Below are positions 49,354-58,750 of a stretch of 64,000 nucleotides of DNA, piece after piece. A model generated the notes under the pieces. It worked only from the letters and a program-made list of their open reading frames with translations. It did not search any database and had not been told where the DNA came from. The position numbers and the translations under genes were made by a program. This DNA comes from an uncultured Gemmatimonadales bacterium. GTDB lineage: Bacteria; Gemmatimonadota; Gemmatimonadetes; Longimicrobiales; RSA9. Each line of letters begins with the position of its first letter. The stretch's first letter is position 1. Location: the NCBI GenBank assembly GCA_963783305.1, contig CAWAMW010000016.1:672001-736000 (forward strand), in the 5' to 3' direction.

Positions 49354-51963
49354 ATGCCCCGCGTCCTGCACCTGACGAAGTCCGCCGCCGGCGCCATCCG
49401 CCACGAGATCGAGAAGGCGAAGGGCAACGAGGTGTGCTTCATTGCGGCGGTGGCGGAGAACGGAGCGGTGAAGGGGCCGCGGGCGGTGGCGCGGGGGAAC
49501 CGCTCGGCGGTGCTGGCGGCGGTGCGGGATGCGGACCGGGGCTCGCTGGTCATCCACAACCATCCCTCGGGGGTGCTGGAGCCGAGCGATGCGGATCTGA
49601 ACGTGGCCTCGGAGCTGTACGCGGGTGGCCTGGGGATGGCGATCTGCGACAACGAGGCGCGGGAGCTGTACGTGGTGGTGGATCCACCGCGTGAGAAGGA
49701 GATGTCGGAGCTGGACGGAGACGAGGTGGCGGCGGTGCTCGCGCCGGGTGGAGCCATCTCCGAGCTGCACGGCAACTATGAGGATCGGCCGACGCAGCGG
49801 GACATGGCGCGGGAGATCGCGGCGGTCTACAACCGGGGCGGAGTCCTGGTGGCGGAGGCGGGGACGGGGACGGGCAAGAGCATCGCGTACCTGATCCCCG
49901 CGGTGAAGTGGGCGGTGCTGAACCGGGAGCGGACGGTGGTGTCCACGAACACCATCAACCTCCAGGAGCAGCTGGTGACGAAGGACCTGCCGTTCCTGCG
50001 GAAGGCGCTGGATCTTCCGTTCAAGTACGCGCTGGTGAAGGGTCGCCAGAACTACATCTCGATCCGGCGGGCGCGGCTGGCCATGGACACGGGGCTGGCG
50101 CTGGTGGAGGGGCCGGAGCAGCGGGAGCTGAAGGCGCTGGAGGAGTGGCTGGAGACCACGAAGGACGGGTCGCTCCAGGACCTGCCGTTCGAGCCGTCGC
50201 GTGAGGTGTGGGACGAGGTCGAGAGCAGCAGCGACGTGTGCATTCGCGCGCGCTGCCCCCATTTCGACGAGTGCTTCTACCAGAATGCGCGGCGGTCGGC
50301 TTCGGGCGCCGACATCCTTGTGGTGAATCACCATTTGCTGTTCAGCGACCTGGCGGTACGGCGGATCCAGGGCAACTACACGGCGCCCGCGGTGCTCCCG
50401 CCCTACCGGCGAGTGGTGCTGGATGAGGCGCACAACCTGGAGGATGCCGCCACGAGCCACCTTGGGGCGGCGGTGTCCCGGCGGGGCCTGTTCCGGCTTT
50501 TGAGCCGGATCGACCGACGCGGCAAGGGTGTGCTCCGGGCGGTGGAAGAGCGGCTCATGATGCTGGACACGGGTCAGACCCGGAAGGACACGCTGAGCCG
50601 GATCGACCGTGAGGTGCGCCCGGACGTATCGAACGCGAAGCAGCGGTCGGCGGAGCTGTTCAGCCGGCTGGAGTCGGTGGTGGCGCGGCAGCAGGACGGG
50701 GTGTTGCGGCTGGCGGACGGCTTCGAGAAGGAGCAGGGGTGGGAGGGACTGGTGTCGCCGGCGCTCCAGGACCTTTTGATCGTCCTGGACCGGCTGGCGC
50801 GGGGGCTGGACGCGATCCGTGAAGCGGTCCTGAACGACCGGAAGGCGACGGAGAAGCTGGAAGACCAGCTCGTGGAGGTGAACGCGGTGGCGGGTCGCGT
50901 GCGGGCGCAGGCGGATGGGCTCCGGATGGCGCTCGTGCCCGGCGAGGAGGTGGTTCCGCTGGTGCGGTGGCTGGAGCGCCGTGGAGGCGGCCGGACGCAG
51001 GAGCCGAACATCGTGGCGTGCGGGGCACCGATCGAGCTGGGGCAGGTGCTGCGGGAAGCGCTGTGGGAGCCCGTGGACACGGCGGTCCTCACATCGGCCA
51101 CGCTGAGCACTCGCGACGGCTTCGATTTCGTGACCGGTCGCCTGGGGCTGGACCGCGGGCCGCGGGTGCGGGAGGCGCAGTACCCGAGCCCGTTCGATTT
51201 CAGTTCACAGACGATGGTGGCGGTCCCGACGAACGTCCCGCGCCCGGGGCGTGAGCACGACAGCGCTACGGCCACGGTCATCGCGGAGCTGGCGGCCATG
51301 AGCGGTGGCGGCATCTTCGGGCTCTTCACGAGCTACCGGTCGCTGCGGAACGTGTCCGGAGAGCTGCGGCAGCGCGGGACCGACGGCCGCTGGCCGCTTT
51401 TCGTCCAGGGGGAGTCACCGCGCGGTGAGCTGGTGCGGCGGTTCACCGAGAACGGGAACGGCATCCTCCTCGGGGTGGCGTCGTTCTGGGAGGGTGTGGA
51501 TGTGCCGGGCGACCCGCTCCGGGGACTGGTCATCGCCAAGCTGCCGTTCCGGGTGCCGAGCGAGCCGCTCACGGCGGCGCGGATGGAGGCGCTGGAGCGG
51601 GATGGCGGCAACGCGTTCTACCAGTACATGCTCCCCCACGCCGCACTCCGCCTGAAGCAGGGATTCGGCCGACTGATCCGGTCCAGCTCCGATCGTGGGG
51701 CCGTGGTGCTCCTGGACAACCGGGTAATGGAGAAATCGTATGGACGCTACTTCCTGGAGTCGCTGCCGCCGGCGCCGGTGCGGACCGGCCACTGGTCGGA
51801 GTTGAGCGCGGAGCTTCGGGAGTTCTACGCGAGGATCGATGACCGTGGAACGAACAGGGGTCGTCGAGCCTCGGACCACGAGGAGGGTATATTGGTCGGT
51901 GAGCCGGAGCCGAGTGCGCGGGCCATGGCGCTCCGTGACAGCCAGGAGGAGAGTAGATCGTGA
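49354..51963 (+). CDS. DinG/YoaA-family helicase with an N-terminal JAB/RadC-like domain
   Basis: GNE...IHNHPSGVLEPSDAD; AEAGTGTGKS; DEAH; FWEGVD; QGFGRLIR. Confidence 0.88.
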   Translation: MPRVLHLTKSAAGAIRHEIEKAKGNEVCFIAAVAENGAVKGPRAVARGNRSAVLAAVRDADRGSLVIHNHPSGVLEPSDADLNVASELYAGGLGMAICDNEARELYVVVDPPREKEMSELDGDEVAAVLAPGGAISELHGNYEDRPTQRDMAREIAAVYNRGGVLVAEAGTGTGKSIAYLIPAVKWAVLNRERTVVSTNTINLQEQLVTKDLPFLRKALDLPFKYALVKGRQNYISIRRARLAMDTGLALVEGPEQRELKALEEWLETTKDGSLQDLPFEPSREVWDEVESSSDVCIRARCPHFDECFYQNARRSASGADILVVNHHLLFSDLAVRRIQGNYTAPAVLPPYRRVVLDEAHNLEDAATSHLGAAVSRRGLFRLLSRIDRRGKGVLRAVEERLMMLDTGQTRKDTLSRIDREVRPDVSNAKQRSAELFSRLESVVARQQDGVLRLADGFEKEQGWEGLVSPALQDLLIVLDRLARGLDAIREAVLNDRKATEKLEDQLVEVNAVAGRVRAQADGLRMALVPGEEVVPLVRWLERRGGGRTQEPNIVACGAPIELGQVLREALWEPVDTAVLTSATLSTRDGFDFVTGRLGLDRGPRVREAQYPSPFDFSSQTMVAVPTNVPRPGREHDSATATVIAELAAMSGGGIFGLFTSYRSLRNVSGELRQRGTDGRWPLFVQGESPRGELVRRFTENGNGILLGVASFWEGVDVPGDPLRGLVIAKLPFRVPSEPLTAARMEALERDGGNAFYQYMLPHAALRLKQGFGRLIRSSSDRGAVVLLDNRVMEKSYGRYFLESLPPAPVRTGHWSELSAELREFYARIDDRGTNRGRRASDHEEGILVGEPEPSARAMALRDSQEESRS

Positions 51964-52589
51964 AGCCTAGCAAGATCGTTTGTGTGGGTCGGAACTACGT
52001 GAAGCACGCCGAGGAGCTGGGGAACGTGGTGCCGGAGCAGCCGCTGCTGTTCCTGAAGCCGCCGTCGGCGATCATCGGGGAGGGGGAGGAGATCGTGCGG
52101 CCGCCGGAGTCATCGCGGGTGGAGCACGAGGGGGAGATCGGGGTCGTCATCGGGCAGCGCTGCCGGAAGGTGTCGGAGTCGGAGGCCATGGAGTACGTGG
52201 CGGGCTACCGCGCGCTGAACGACGTGACGGCGCGGGACCTCCAGCGGGCGGACAACCAGTGGTCGCGGGCGAAGGGCTTCGACACGTTCTGCCCTCTGGG
52301 CCCCCTGGCGCCTGCCGAGGACGGGGACCCGGCCGAGCTGGAGGTCAGGTGCATGGTGGATGGGGACCAGCGACAGCACGGGGTCGCCCGGGACATGGCG
52401 TTCCCCATCCCGTTCCTCGTCAGCTACATCAGCGGGATCATGACGCTGGAGCCCGGGGACGTGATCGCCACGGGAACGCCGGAGGGTGTGGGTGAGCTGC
52501 CGGCGGGGTCGGAGGTGGTGGTGGAGGTCCGGCTGGGAGGCAGTGTGCTGTCGTCGGTAAGAAACCGTGTGATCGACGGGGAGCGATAG
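51960..52589 (+). CDS. Fumarylacetoacetate hydrolase family protein
   Basis: KIVCVGRNY, HEGE, NDVTARD, GDVIATGTP. Confidence 0.92.
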   Translation: MKPSKIVCVGRNYVKHAEELGNVVPEQPLLFLKPPSAIIGEGEEIVRPPESSRVEHEGEIGVVIGQRCRKVSESEAMEYVAGYRALNDVTARDLQRADNQWSRAKGFDTFCPLGPLAPAEDGDPAELEVRCMVDGDQRQHGVARDMAFPIPFLVSYISGIMTLEPGDVIATGTPEGVGELPAGSEVVVEVRLGGSVLSSVRNRVIDGER

Positions 52590-52631
52590 GAGGAGGCGCG
52601 GCATCTACTCAGCGGCCTCGCTGGCGCGTCC

Positions 52632-52979
52632 TCAGGCGGTGAGGATGGCGAGGAGGAGGGCGTAGAGGAGGGCGGCGATGGTCGAGGGCAGGGTGTCAGC
52701 CGCGCCGCCGGTGGTGGAGCGGCGCTGGCGGAGCAGGGCGCCGAACCCCGCCGCCGCCAGTGGCACGATGAGGAACCCGCCCACCAGCCCGAAGAAGAGC
52801 GTGGCCAGCATGGCGTCCCATACTCCTGCGGGCCCGCGGGCGGTGCCGCCGAACGGGAGCGGGAAGCGGTAGACGAGTGCCACGACACCGGCCGCCGGGA
52901 ACATGAGGAGCCCGGCATAGAGGGCGTCGCGGATACCGGGTCGGGAGTCGAGCCCCGGCGAAGTGGGTTCGGTGCTCAT
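52632..52979 (-). CDS. Hypothetical membrane protein
   Basis: 115 aa with 3 hydrophobic segments; TTGACC-17-CATGAT immediately upstream. Confidence 0.55.
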   Translation of the reverse strand: MSTEPTSPGLDSRPGIRDALYAGLLMFPAAGVVALVYRFPLPFGGTARGPAGVWDAMLATLFFGLVGGFLIVPLAAAGFGALLRQRRSTTGGAADTLPSTIAALLYALLLAILTA

Positions 52980-53108
52980 CCCTCATCATGGCCCCGAGGC
53001 GAGGGCCGGTCAACGGCGGTGTGTTCGGGAAGGCCAGGTCTCCGGGATTGCCTTCCTCGCGTCATCCCGTACCATACCCGGTGACTCACAGCCGACGCAG
53101 AGGAGCCC

Positions 53109-54269
53109 ATGCCGATCGTCCATTCCCGATTCCAGGATTTCCCTCCCTATCCGCTGGCGGAGGTCCCACGCATCCGGCGCGAGCTCCGGGCGCGAGGGGT
53201 GGACGTCATCGATCTGGGTGCCGGGGACGCCGACCTGGCTCCGCCGCCCATGGCGGTGGAGGCGCTGCGAGCAGCGGCCGCAGACGTGGGGATGAGCCGA
53301 TACGGATTCCAGCTCGGGCACGTCCCGCTGCGGGAGTCCATCGCGGGCTGGATGCAGCGGCGGTTCGGGGTCGAGGTGGACCCGATGGGGGAAGTGCTCC
53401 CGCTGGTGGGTTCGAAGGAGGGGATCGCGCACCTGGCGTTCTGTTTCGCGGGCCCGGGCGACGCGGCCGTGATACCCGACCCCGGCTACCAGCCGTATCG
53501 GGGCGGTATCCTGCTGGCGGGCGCGGAGGCGCGCCTGGTCCCGCTCAGGCCGGAGAATGACTTCCTGATCCCGCTGGATAGCATCCCCGGGGACGTGGCG
53601 GCCCGCACGCGCATTCTGTACCTCAACTACCCGAACAACCCGACGGCCGCCACAGCGCCGCGGGATTACCTGGTGGAAGCGGTGGAGTGGTGCCGTCAGC
53701 ACGACGTGGTGCTCTGCTACGACAACGCGTACAGCGAGCTGGCGTTCGACGGCTACAGGCCGCCGAGCATCCTGGAGATCGACGGGGCCCGTGACGTGGC
53801 GGTGGAGTTCCACTCGTTCTCGAAGACCTACAACATGACGGGGTGGCGCGTCGGCTGGGCGGTGGGCGGCGCCCCGATGATCGCGGCGCTCCAGCGGGTC
53901 AAGACGTTCACGGACACCGGCCAGTTCATGGCGGTCCAGGCGGGGGCCCAGGCGGCGCTCGAGTCCTACGACGAGTGGGTACCGGGTAACATCGAGACGT
54001 TCCGACGGCGACGGGACGCCGCCGCGAAGGCGCTGGAGGCGGCGGGCTTCGAGGTCCGTGTCCCACGGGCGACCATGTACCTGTGGGTCCCGATGCCAGC
54101 CGGTCGCCCCTCGGAGCCGTTCGCACTACGCGCGCTCCAGGAGGAGGGGGTAGTGGTGATGCCGGGGGCGGCACTGGGCTCGGGTGGTGAGGGGTTCTTC
54201 CGGGTTGCGCTGACCGCGGGAGAGGACCGGTTGCGGGAGGCAGCGGAGCGGCTGGGTCGGCTGCTGTGA
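53109..54269 (+). CDS. PLP-dependent class I/II aminotransferase (LL-diaminopimelate aminotransferase-like)
   Basis: GSKEG, NYPNNPT, DNAY, SFSKTYNMTGWRVG. Confidence 0.85.
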   Translation: MPIVHSRFQDFPPYPLAEVPRIRRELRARGVDVIDLGAGDADLAPPPMAVEALRAAAADVGMSRYGFQLGHVPLRESIAGWMQRRFGVEVDPMGEVLPLVGSKEGIAHLAFCFAGPGDAAVIPDPGYQPYRGGILLAGAEARLVPLRPENDFLIPLDSIPGDVAARTRILYLNYPNNPTAATAPRDYLVEAVEWCRQHDVVLCYDNAYSELAFDGYRPPSILEIDGARDVAVEFHSFSKTYNMTGWRVGWAVGGAPMIAALQRVKTFTDTGQFMAVQAGAQAALESYDEWVPGNIETFRRRRDAAAKALEAAGFEVRVPRATMYLWVPMPAGRPSEPFALRALQEEGVVVMPGAALGSGGEGFFRVALTAGEDRLREAAERLGRLL

Positions 54270-54350
54270 GGTCGTGGTGGTCCGCGGCTCCCCACCGAGG
54301 GGTGGCCTGAGCCGGGAACGGTGGGGCGACCCCGGGTTATCAGAGACGCG

Positions 54351-55157
54351 ATGACCCAGCCACCGAGCCGAACCGAGATCCCCTCCTCCCGCCGCTCGGG
54401 TGAGGATCGCCGAAGCCGAGAGCGTCGAGTCCTGGCGATCGGGCTGGGGCTGTCGCTGGTGGCGCATCTGGTGGTCATCATCCTTGTGGGGCAGTGGCTG
54501 GCGCCGCGGACGGAGCCGGTGGAGACCCGTCCGGCCCGCGTCCTCGTGGAGCCGCCCGCCGGAATGCGCGTGGTGGAGCTGCGAGCTCTGCCGGCCGCCG
54601 TGGTCGCGGAGGATCCCGAGGACCCGGACCGACCCGAGCGAGAGCTGGAGCGGCCGCGGGCGCCGATGCGGGAAGTGCGAGTGGCGGAGTCGCGGCCGGA
54701 CAGTGTCCCGGCCGACACGCGCACCGCGGCGGACCGGCTGGCGCCCAGGGTGGTGGACCCGCGGCTGTGGCAGCCGATGATCCTGATCCCGAGCGAGCCG
54801 ACGTTCGAGGAAGTGGAGGCGCGGGTCGCGGCGGCGGTGGAGCTGCTGAGCGACTCTGCGCTGGCGGAGGCCGATGCCGCCATCCGATCCAGGGACTGGA
54901 CGGTGGACGACGGGAAGGGGGGGAAATGGGGGATCAGCCCGGGCAAGATCCACCTTGGCTCGCTGGTCCTGCCGCTCCCTATCTACGCGGTGGCGAGCCC
55001 GGACCAGATCGCGGAGAACGCGGTGTGGCTCGAACTCGATCAACAGCTGGAGCGGACGCTGATCCTGGAGAGCTTCGGAGAGCGGGTACGGGCGATCCGG
55101 GAGCGGCGGGAGCGGGAGCGTAGGGAATCGCGGACCGGAAACGACGGCGGCCGGTGA
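54351..55157 (+). CDS. Hypothetical membrane-anchored protein with a Pro-rich linker
   Basis: TM segment SLVAHLVVIIL; C-terminal WTVDDGKGGKWGISPGKIHLG block. Confidence 0.65.
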   Translation: MTQPPSRTEIPSSRRSGEDRRSRERRVLAIGLGLSLVAHLVVIILVGQWLAPRTEPVETRPARVLVEPPAGMRVVELRALPAAVVAEDPEDPDRPERELERPRAPMREVRVAESRPDSVPADTRTAADRLAPRVVDPRLWQPMILIPSEPTFEEVEARVAAAVELLSDSALAEADAAIRSRDWTVDDGKGGKWGISPGKIHLGSLVLPLPIYAVASPDQIAENAVWLELDQQLERTLILESFGERVRAIRERRERERRESRTGNDGGR

Positions 55158-55171
55158 TCGACGGCCGCCGC

Positions 55172-55187
55172 TGGTGCGCGCCTTGCA
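55172..55187 (+). promoter_or_regulatory. sigma54-like -24/-12 element upstream of the BON gene
   Basis: TGGTGCGCGCCTTGCA (GG-N10-GC). Confidence 0.5.
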
Positions 55188-55235
55188 CCTGATCCGGATC
55201 GGCAGTCCCACGCAAAATCAGGAGGGGATCCCGAC

Positions 55236-55943
55236 ATGGAACAGGAGCGGAACAGGCAAGCACTACTCGCCGTCCTCGGCGTCTCGGCCGGGCTGGCCTC
55301 GGCCACGGGGCTCTGGCTGTGGCGGCGCGGACAGGTCCAGCAGCGGGCCCGGGCGACGCCCGGCCCCTCCGGGTGGACCCGTGAGCGAGGTGTGGGCGCC
55401 GAGGTGGCGGAATCGCTGCGGCGCGACCGCTCACTGAGAGCTCGCGCCATCGAGGTCGACTCCATCGCGGACGGCGTGGTGGAGCTCACCGGTGAAGTGG
55501 ACACGCGGGCGGAAGCTCGGCGGGCGGTTGCGATCGCCCAGGGCGCGAGCGGCGTCTACACGGTGGTGAACCGCCTCACGCTGTCCGAAGAGGAGTCGCA
55601 CCTGGACGAGACGCGCCAGCGGCGTCAGAACGGGGATCCGAGCCTGGCGGAGCGGCACCACTACGGGATGGGCGTGGGCATGGGCACGCGCCGGCAGTCG
55701 CCGAGCACGGACCCGGACCGACCGAGCGACAAGCAGAAGATCCTGGAGCGCCAGCTCGAGGTGGCGAACGTGGAGGACCCGCCCGAGGGCGAACCGAACC
55801 CGATCTCGGGGGACGAGGCGGTGGAGAGCGAGCGAGTGAAGCCAGGGGATGAGCGGGCGATCCGGGAGGCCGGACTGGACCCATCGCCCCGGCCGGACTC
55901 GACACCGAAGGAATCTGTGCCCGGAGACGGCGAAGAGGAGTAG
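55236..55943 (+). CDS. BON domain protein
   Basis: N-terminal TM; IEVDSIADGVVELTGEV...AVAIAQGASGVYTVVNRL. Confidence 0.82.
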   Translation: MEQERNRQALLAVLGVSAGLASATGLWLWRRGQVQQRARATPGPSGWTRERGVGAEVAESLRRDRSLRARAIEVDSIADGVVELTGEVDTRAEARRAVAIAQGASGVYTVVNRLTLSEEESHLDETRQRRQNGDPSLAERHHYGMGVGMGTRRQSPSTDPDRPSDKQKILERQLEVANVEDPPEGEPNPISGDEAVESERVKPGDERAIREAGLDPSPRPDSTPKESVPGDGEEE

Positions 55944-55965
55944 CCTCTTCAGGGTACTACGGGGG

Positions 55966-56003
55966 ATCGGTCCGGCCGGTAGCGGTCGGGCCGATTTTCG
56001 TTT
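55966..56003 (+). terminator. Intrinsic terminator after the BON gene
   Basis: ATCGGTCCGGCCG-GTAG-CGGTCGGGCCGAT followed by TTTCGTTT. Confidence 0.65.
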
Positions 56004-56015
56004 ACAGTAGCCCCT

Positions 56016-58748
56016 ATGACTGAACCGCTTTCCAAGACCTACGACCCGGCGGCGATCGAGAAGCCGCTGTACGAGGAGTGGCTGGAGAAAGGCTACTTCA
56101 CCGCGACACCCGAGGCCGTGCTCGAGGGGGGGCGCGATCCGTATGTGATCGTGATCCCACCGCCGAACGTGACGGCGGTCCTGCACATGGGGCACGGGCT
56201 GAACAACACGCTCCAGGACCTGCTCATCCGGTGGCGCCGGATGAAGGGCCGCGAGGCGCTGTGGATCCCGGGGACCGACCACGCGGGGATCGCCACACAG
56301 AACGTGGTGGAGCGTCAGCTCGCGGCGGAGGGTCTCACGCGGCAGGACCTGGGGCGGGAAGCATTCGAGGAGCGGGTCTGGCAGTGGGTGGCGGAGACCC
56401 GACCGCGGATCATCCAGCAGCTGGAGGCGACCGGCTGCTCGTTCGACCTCACGCGCGAGCACTTCACGCTGGACCCGGACCTCTCGCGGGCGGTACGGGA
56501 GGTGTTCGTCCGGCTGTACGAGAAGGGGCTGATCTACCGAGGCCACTATATCATCAACTGGTGCCCCCGGTGCCTCACGGCGTTGTCGAACGAGGAGGCC
56601 GAGCCGCACGAGACGGGCGGGCGGCTGTACCACCTGCGCTACCCGCTGGAGTCGACGGACCACGCGGACCGGCTCCCGAAGCTGGCCGATGGCCGGCACT
56701 ATGTGGTGGTGGCGACGACCCGACCGGAAACCATGCTGGGCGACAGCGCCGTGGCCGTCCACCCGGACGACGAGCGGTACTCGGCGCTGGTGGGTCGGCA
56801 GGCGCACCTCCCGCTCACGGGCCGGATGATCCCGATCATCGAGGACTCCTGGGTGGACCCGGAGTTCGGGACGGGCGCGGTGAAGGTTACGCCGGCCCAC
56901 GACCCGAACGACTTCGAGATCGGGAAACGGCACGGACTGCCGGAGATCAACATCTTCACGCCATCGGCCGAGATCGGAGAGGAAGCGCCGAAGGCGTTCC
57001 GAGGGCTGGACCGGTTCGAGGCTCGTCAGCGTGTGGTGGATGCACTGGAGGCGGAGGGCCTGCTGGAGAAGGTGGAGGACCACCCGCACTCGGTGCCGCG
57101 CTGCTACCGGTGCGACACCGTGGTGGAGCCCCGTCTGAGCGAGCAGTGGTTCGTGAAGATGGAGCCGCTGGCTGCGCCGGCGCTGCAGGCCAGCCGGGAC
57201 GGCACGGTCCGGTTCTCGCCCGAGCACTGGAAGACGGTGTACGAGAACTGGCTGGAGAACATCCGTGACTGGTGCATCAGTCGCCAGCTCTGGTGGGGGC
57301 ATCGGATCCCGGTGTGGTACTGCGAGGCCGACGGCTGTGGCGAGGTGATCGTCGCGCGGGAAGACCCGACGGAGTGCCCGGCGTGCGGCGGCGGTGAGCT
57401 GCGGCAGGACGCGGACGTCCTGGATACCTGGTTCAGCAGCTGGCTCTGGCCGTTCAGCACCATGGGCTGGCCAGAGGAGACGCTGGACCTGAAGGCGTTC
57501 TATCCCACCAGCACTCTGTCGACTGCGCCGGAGATCCTGTTCTTCTGGGTCGCCCGCATGATCATGGCGGGGTACGAGTTCATGGGAGAGGCGCCGTTCA
57601 CGGACGTGCTCCTGCACGCCACCGTGCGTGACCACCACAACCGCAAGATGTCGAAATCCCTCGGCAACGGCATCGACCCGCTGGAGGTCGTGGACCGGTT
57701 CGGGGCGGACGCGTTGCGCTACACGGTGGTGGCGGGCGCGGCGGTGGGCACCGACATCCAGCTCAACTACGAGAACCTGGAAGAGGCGTTCGCGCCGGGT
57801 CGCAATTTCGCGAACAAGCTGTGGAACGCCGGTCGCTTCGCTCTCATGAACCTGGGCGACGAGCCGGTGGAGCCGGTGGAGCGGGTTCAGGAGGGCCTGG
57901 AAGTCACAGACCGCTGGATCCTGTCTCGCCTCTCCCGTACGACGCGGAAGGTGGATGATGCGCTGGAGTCGTATCGTGTCCACGAGGCGGCCGAGGCGAT
58001 CCATGGCTTCTTCTGGGGCGAGGTGGCGGACTGGTACCTGGAGCTGATCAAGGGCCGGATGCTGGGGGCGTCGGGGGAGTCGAGCCGGGAGGCGGCCAAG
58101 GCCACGCTGGTAGCCGTGCTGGATGGCGTGTTCCGGCTCCTGCACCCGATCATGCCGTTCATCACGGAAGCCCTCTGGCGCCGGCTGCCAAGGCCGGAGG
58201 GAGTGGAGCGCGCCGAGTCGCTCATGATCGCGCCGTGGCCCGACAGTCGGCCGGAGTGGGAGGATGACGGGGCCGAGCGCGATATGCGCGGGCTGATGGA
58301 GCTCATCACCACGGTTCGCATGCTTCGGAGTGAGTACGATATCCCGGCGAGCCACGAGGTGGAGGTGGTGCTGTCGAACGAAGCGCCGTCGTTCCGGGAG
58401 ATGGTGCACCGGGAGACGGACCTGGTGAAGCGCCTCGCCCGGGCCCGGCTCGCGGACGGCCGCGATGCCGGCGATCTGTCGGGCGCCGGGGCCAATGCCG
58501 TGCTGCGGAGCGGTGCCGAGCTGGTCATTCCCCTTGCGGGGGTGATCGACATCGAGCGTGAGCTCGGGCGGCTGCGAGAGGAGCTGGAGCGGGTGGAGAG
58601 CCTGCTGCGGAGCACGGAGCAGCGACTGGCGAACGAGCAGTTCACGTCGAAAGCTCCGGCGGACGTCGTAGATCGGGAGCGGGAGAAGGCGGAGAGCTTC
58701 CGCGAGCAGCGGGAACGACTCGCGCGGAAGATTGCGGCGCTGACGTGA
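56016..58748 (+). CDS. valS: Valine--tRNA ligase
   Basis: PPPNVTAVLHMGH, DWCISRQLWWGH, KMSKS, C-terminal coiled coil. Confidence 0.98.
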   Translation: MTEPLSKTYDPAAIEKPLYEEWLEKGYFTATPEAVLEGGRDPYVIVIPPPNVTAVLHMGHGLNNTLQDLLIRWRRMKGREALWIPGTDHAGIATQNVVERQLAAEGLTRQDLGREAFEERVWQWVAETRPRIIQQLEATGCSFDLTREHFTLDPDLSRAVREVFVRLYEKGLIYRGHYIINWCPRCLTALSNEEAEPHETGGRLYHLRYPLESTDHADRLPKLADGRHYVVVATTRPETMLGDSAVAVHPDDERYSALVGRQAHLPLTGRMIPIIEDSWVDPEFGTGAVKVTPAHDPNDFEIGKRHGLPEINIFTPSAEIGEEAPKAFRGLDRFEARQRVVDALEAEGLLEKVEDHPHSVPRCYRCDTVVEPRLSEQWFVKMEPLAAPALQASRDGTVRFSPEHWKTVYENWLENIRDWCISRQLWWGHRIPVWYCEADGCGEVIVAREDPTECPACGGGELRQDADVLDTWFSSWLWPFSTMGWPEETLDLKAFYPTSTLSTAPEILFFWVARMIMAGYEFMGEAPFTDVLLHATVRDHHNRKMSKSLGNGIDPLEVVDRFGADALRYTVVAGAAVGTDIQLNYENLEEAFAPGRNFANKLWNAGRFALMNLGDEPVEPVERVQEGLEVTDRWILSRLSRTTRKVDDALESYRVHEAAEAIHGFFWGEVADWYLELIKGRMLGASGESSREAAKATLVAVLDGVFRLLHPIMPFITEALWRRLPRPEGVERAESLMIAPWPDSRPEWEDDGAERDMRGLMELITTVRMLRSEYDIPASHEVEVVLSNEAPSFREMVHRETDLVKRLARARLADGRDAGDLSGAGANAVLRSGAELVIPLAGVIDIERELGRLREELERVESLLRSTEQRLANEQFTSKAPADVVDREREKAESFREQRERLARKIAALT

Positions 58749-58750
58749 GG

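Noticed and set aside
55944..56015. T-box riboswitch before valS
   Set aside because: The region is too short and lacks the T-box sequence; the hairpin fits a terminator for the BON gene.
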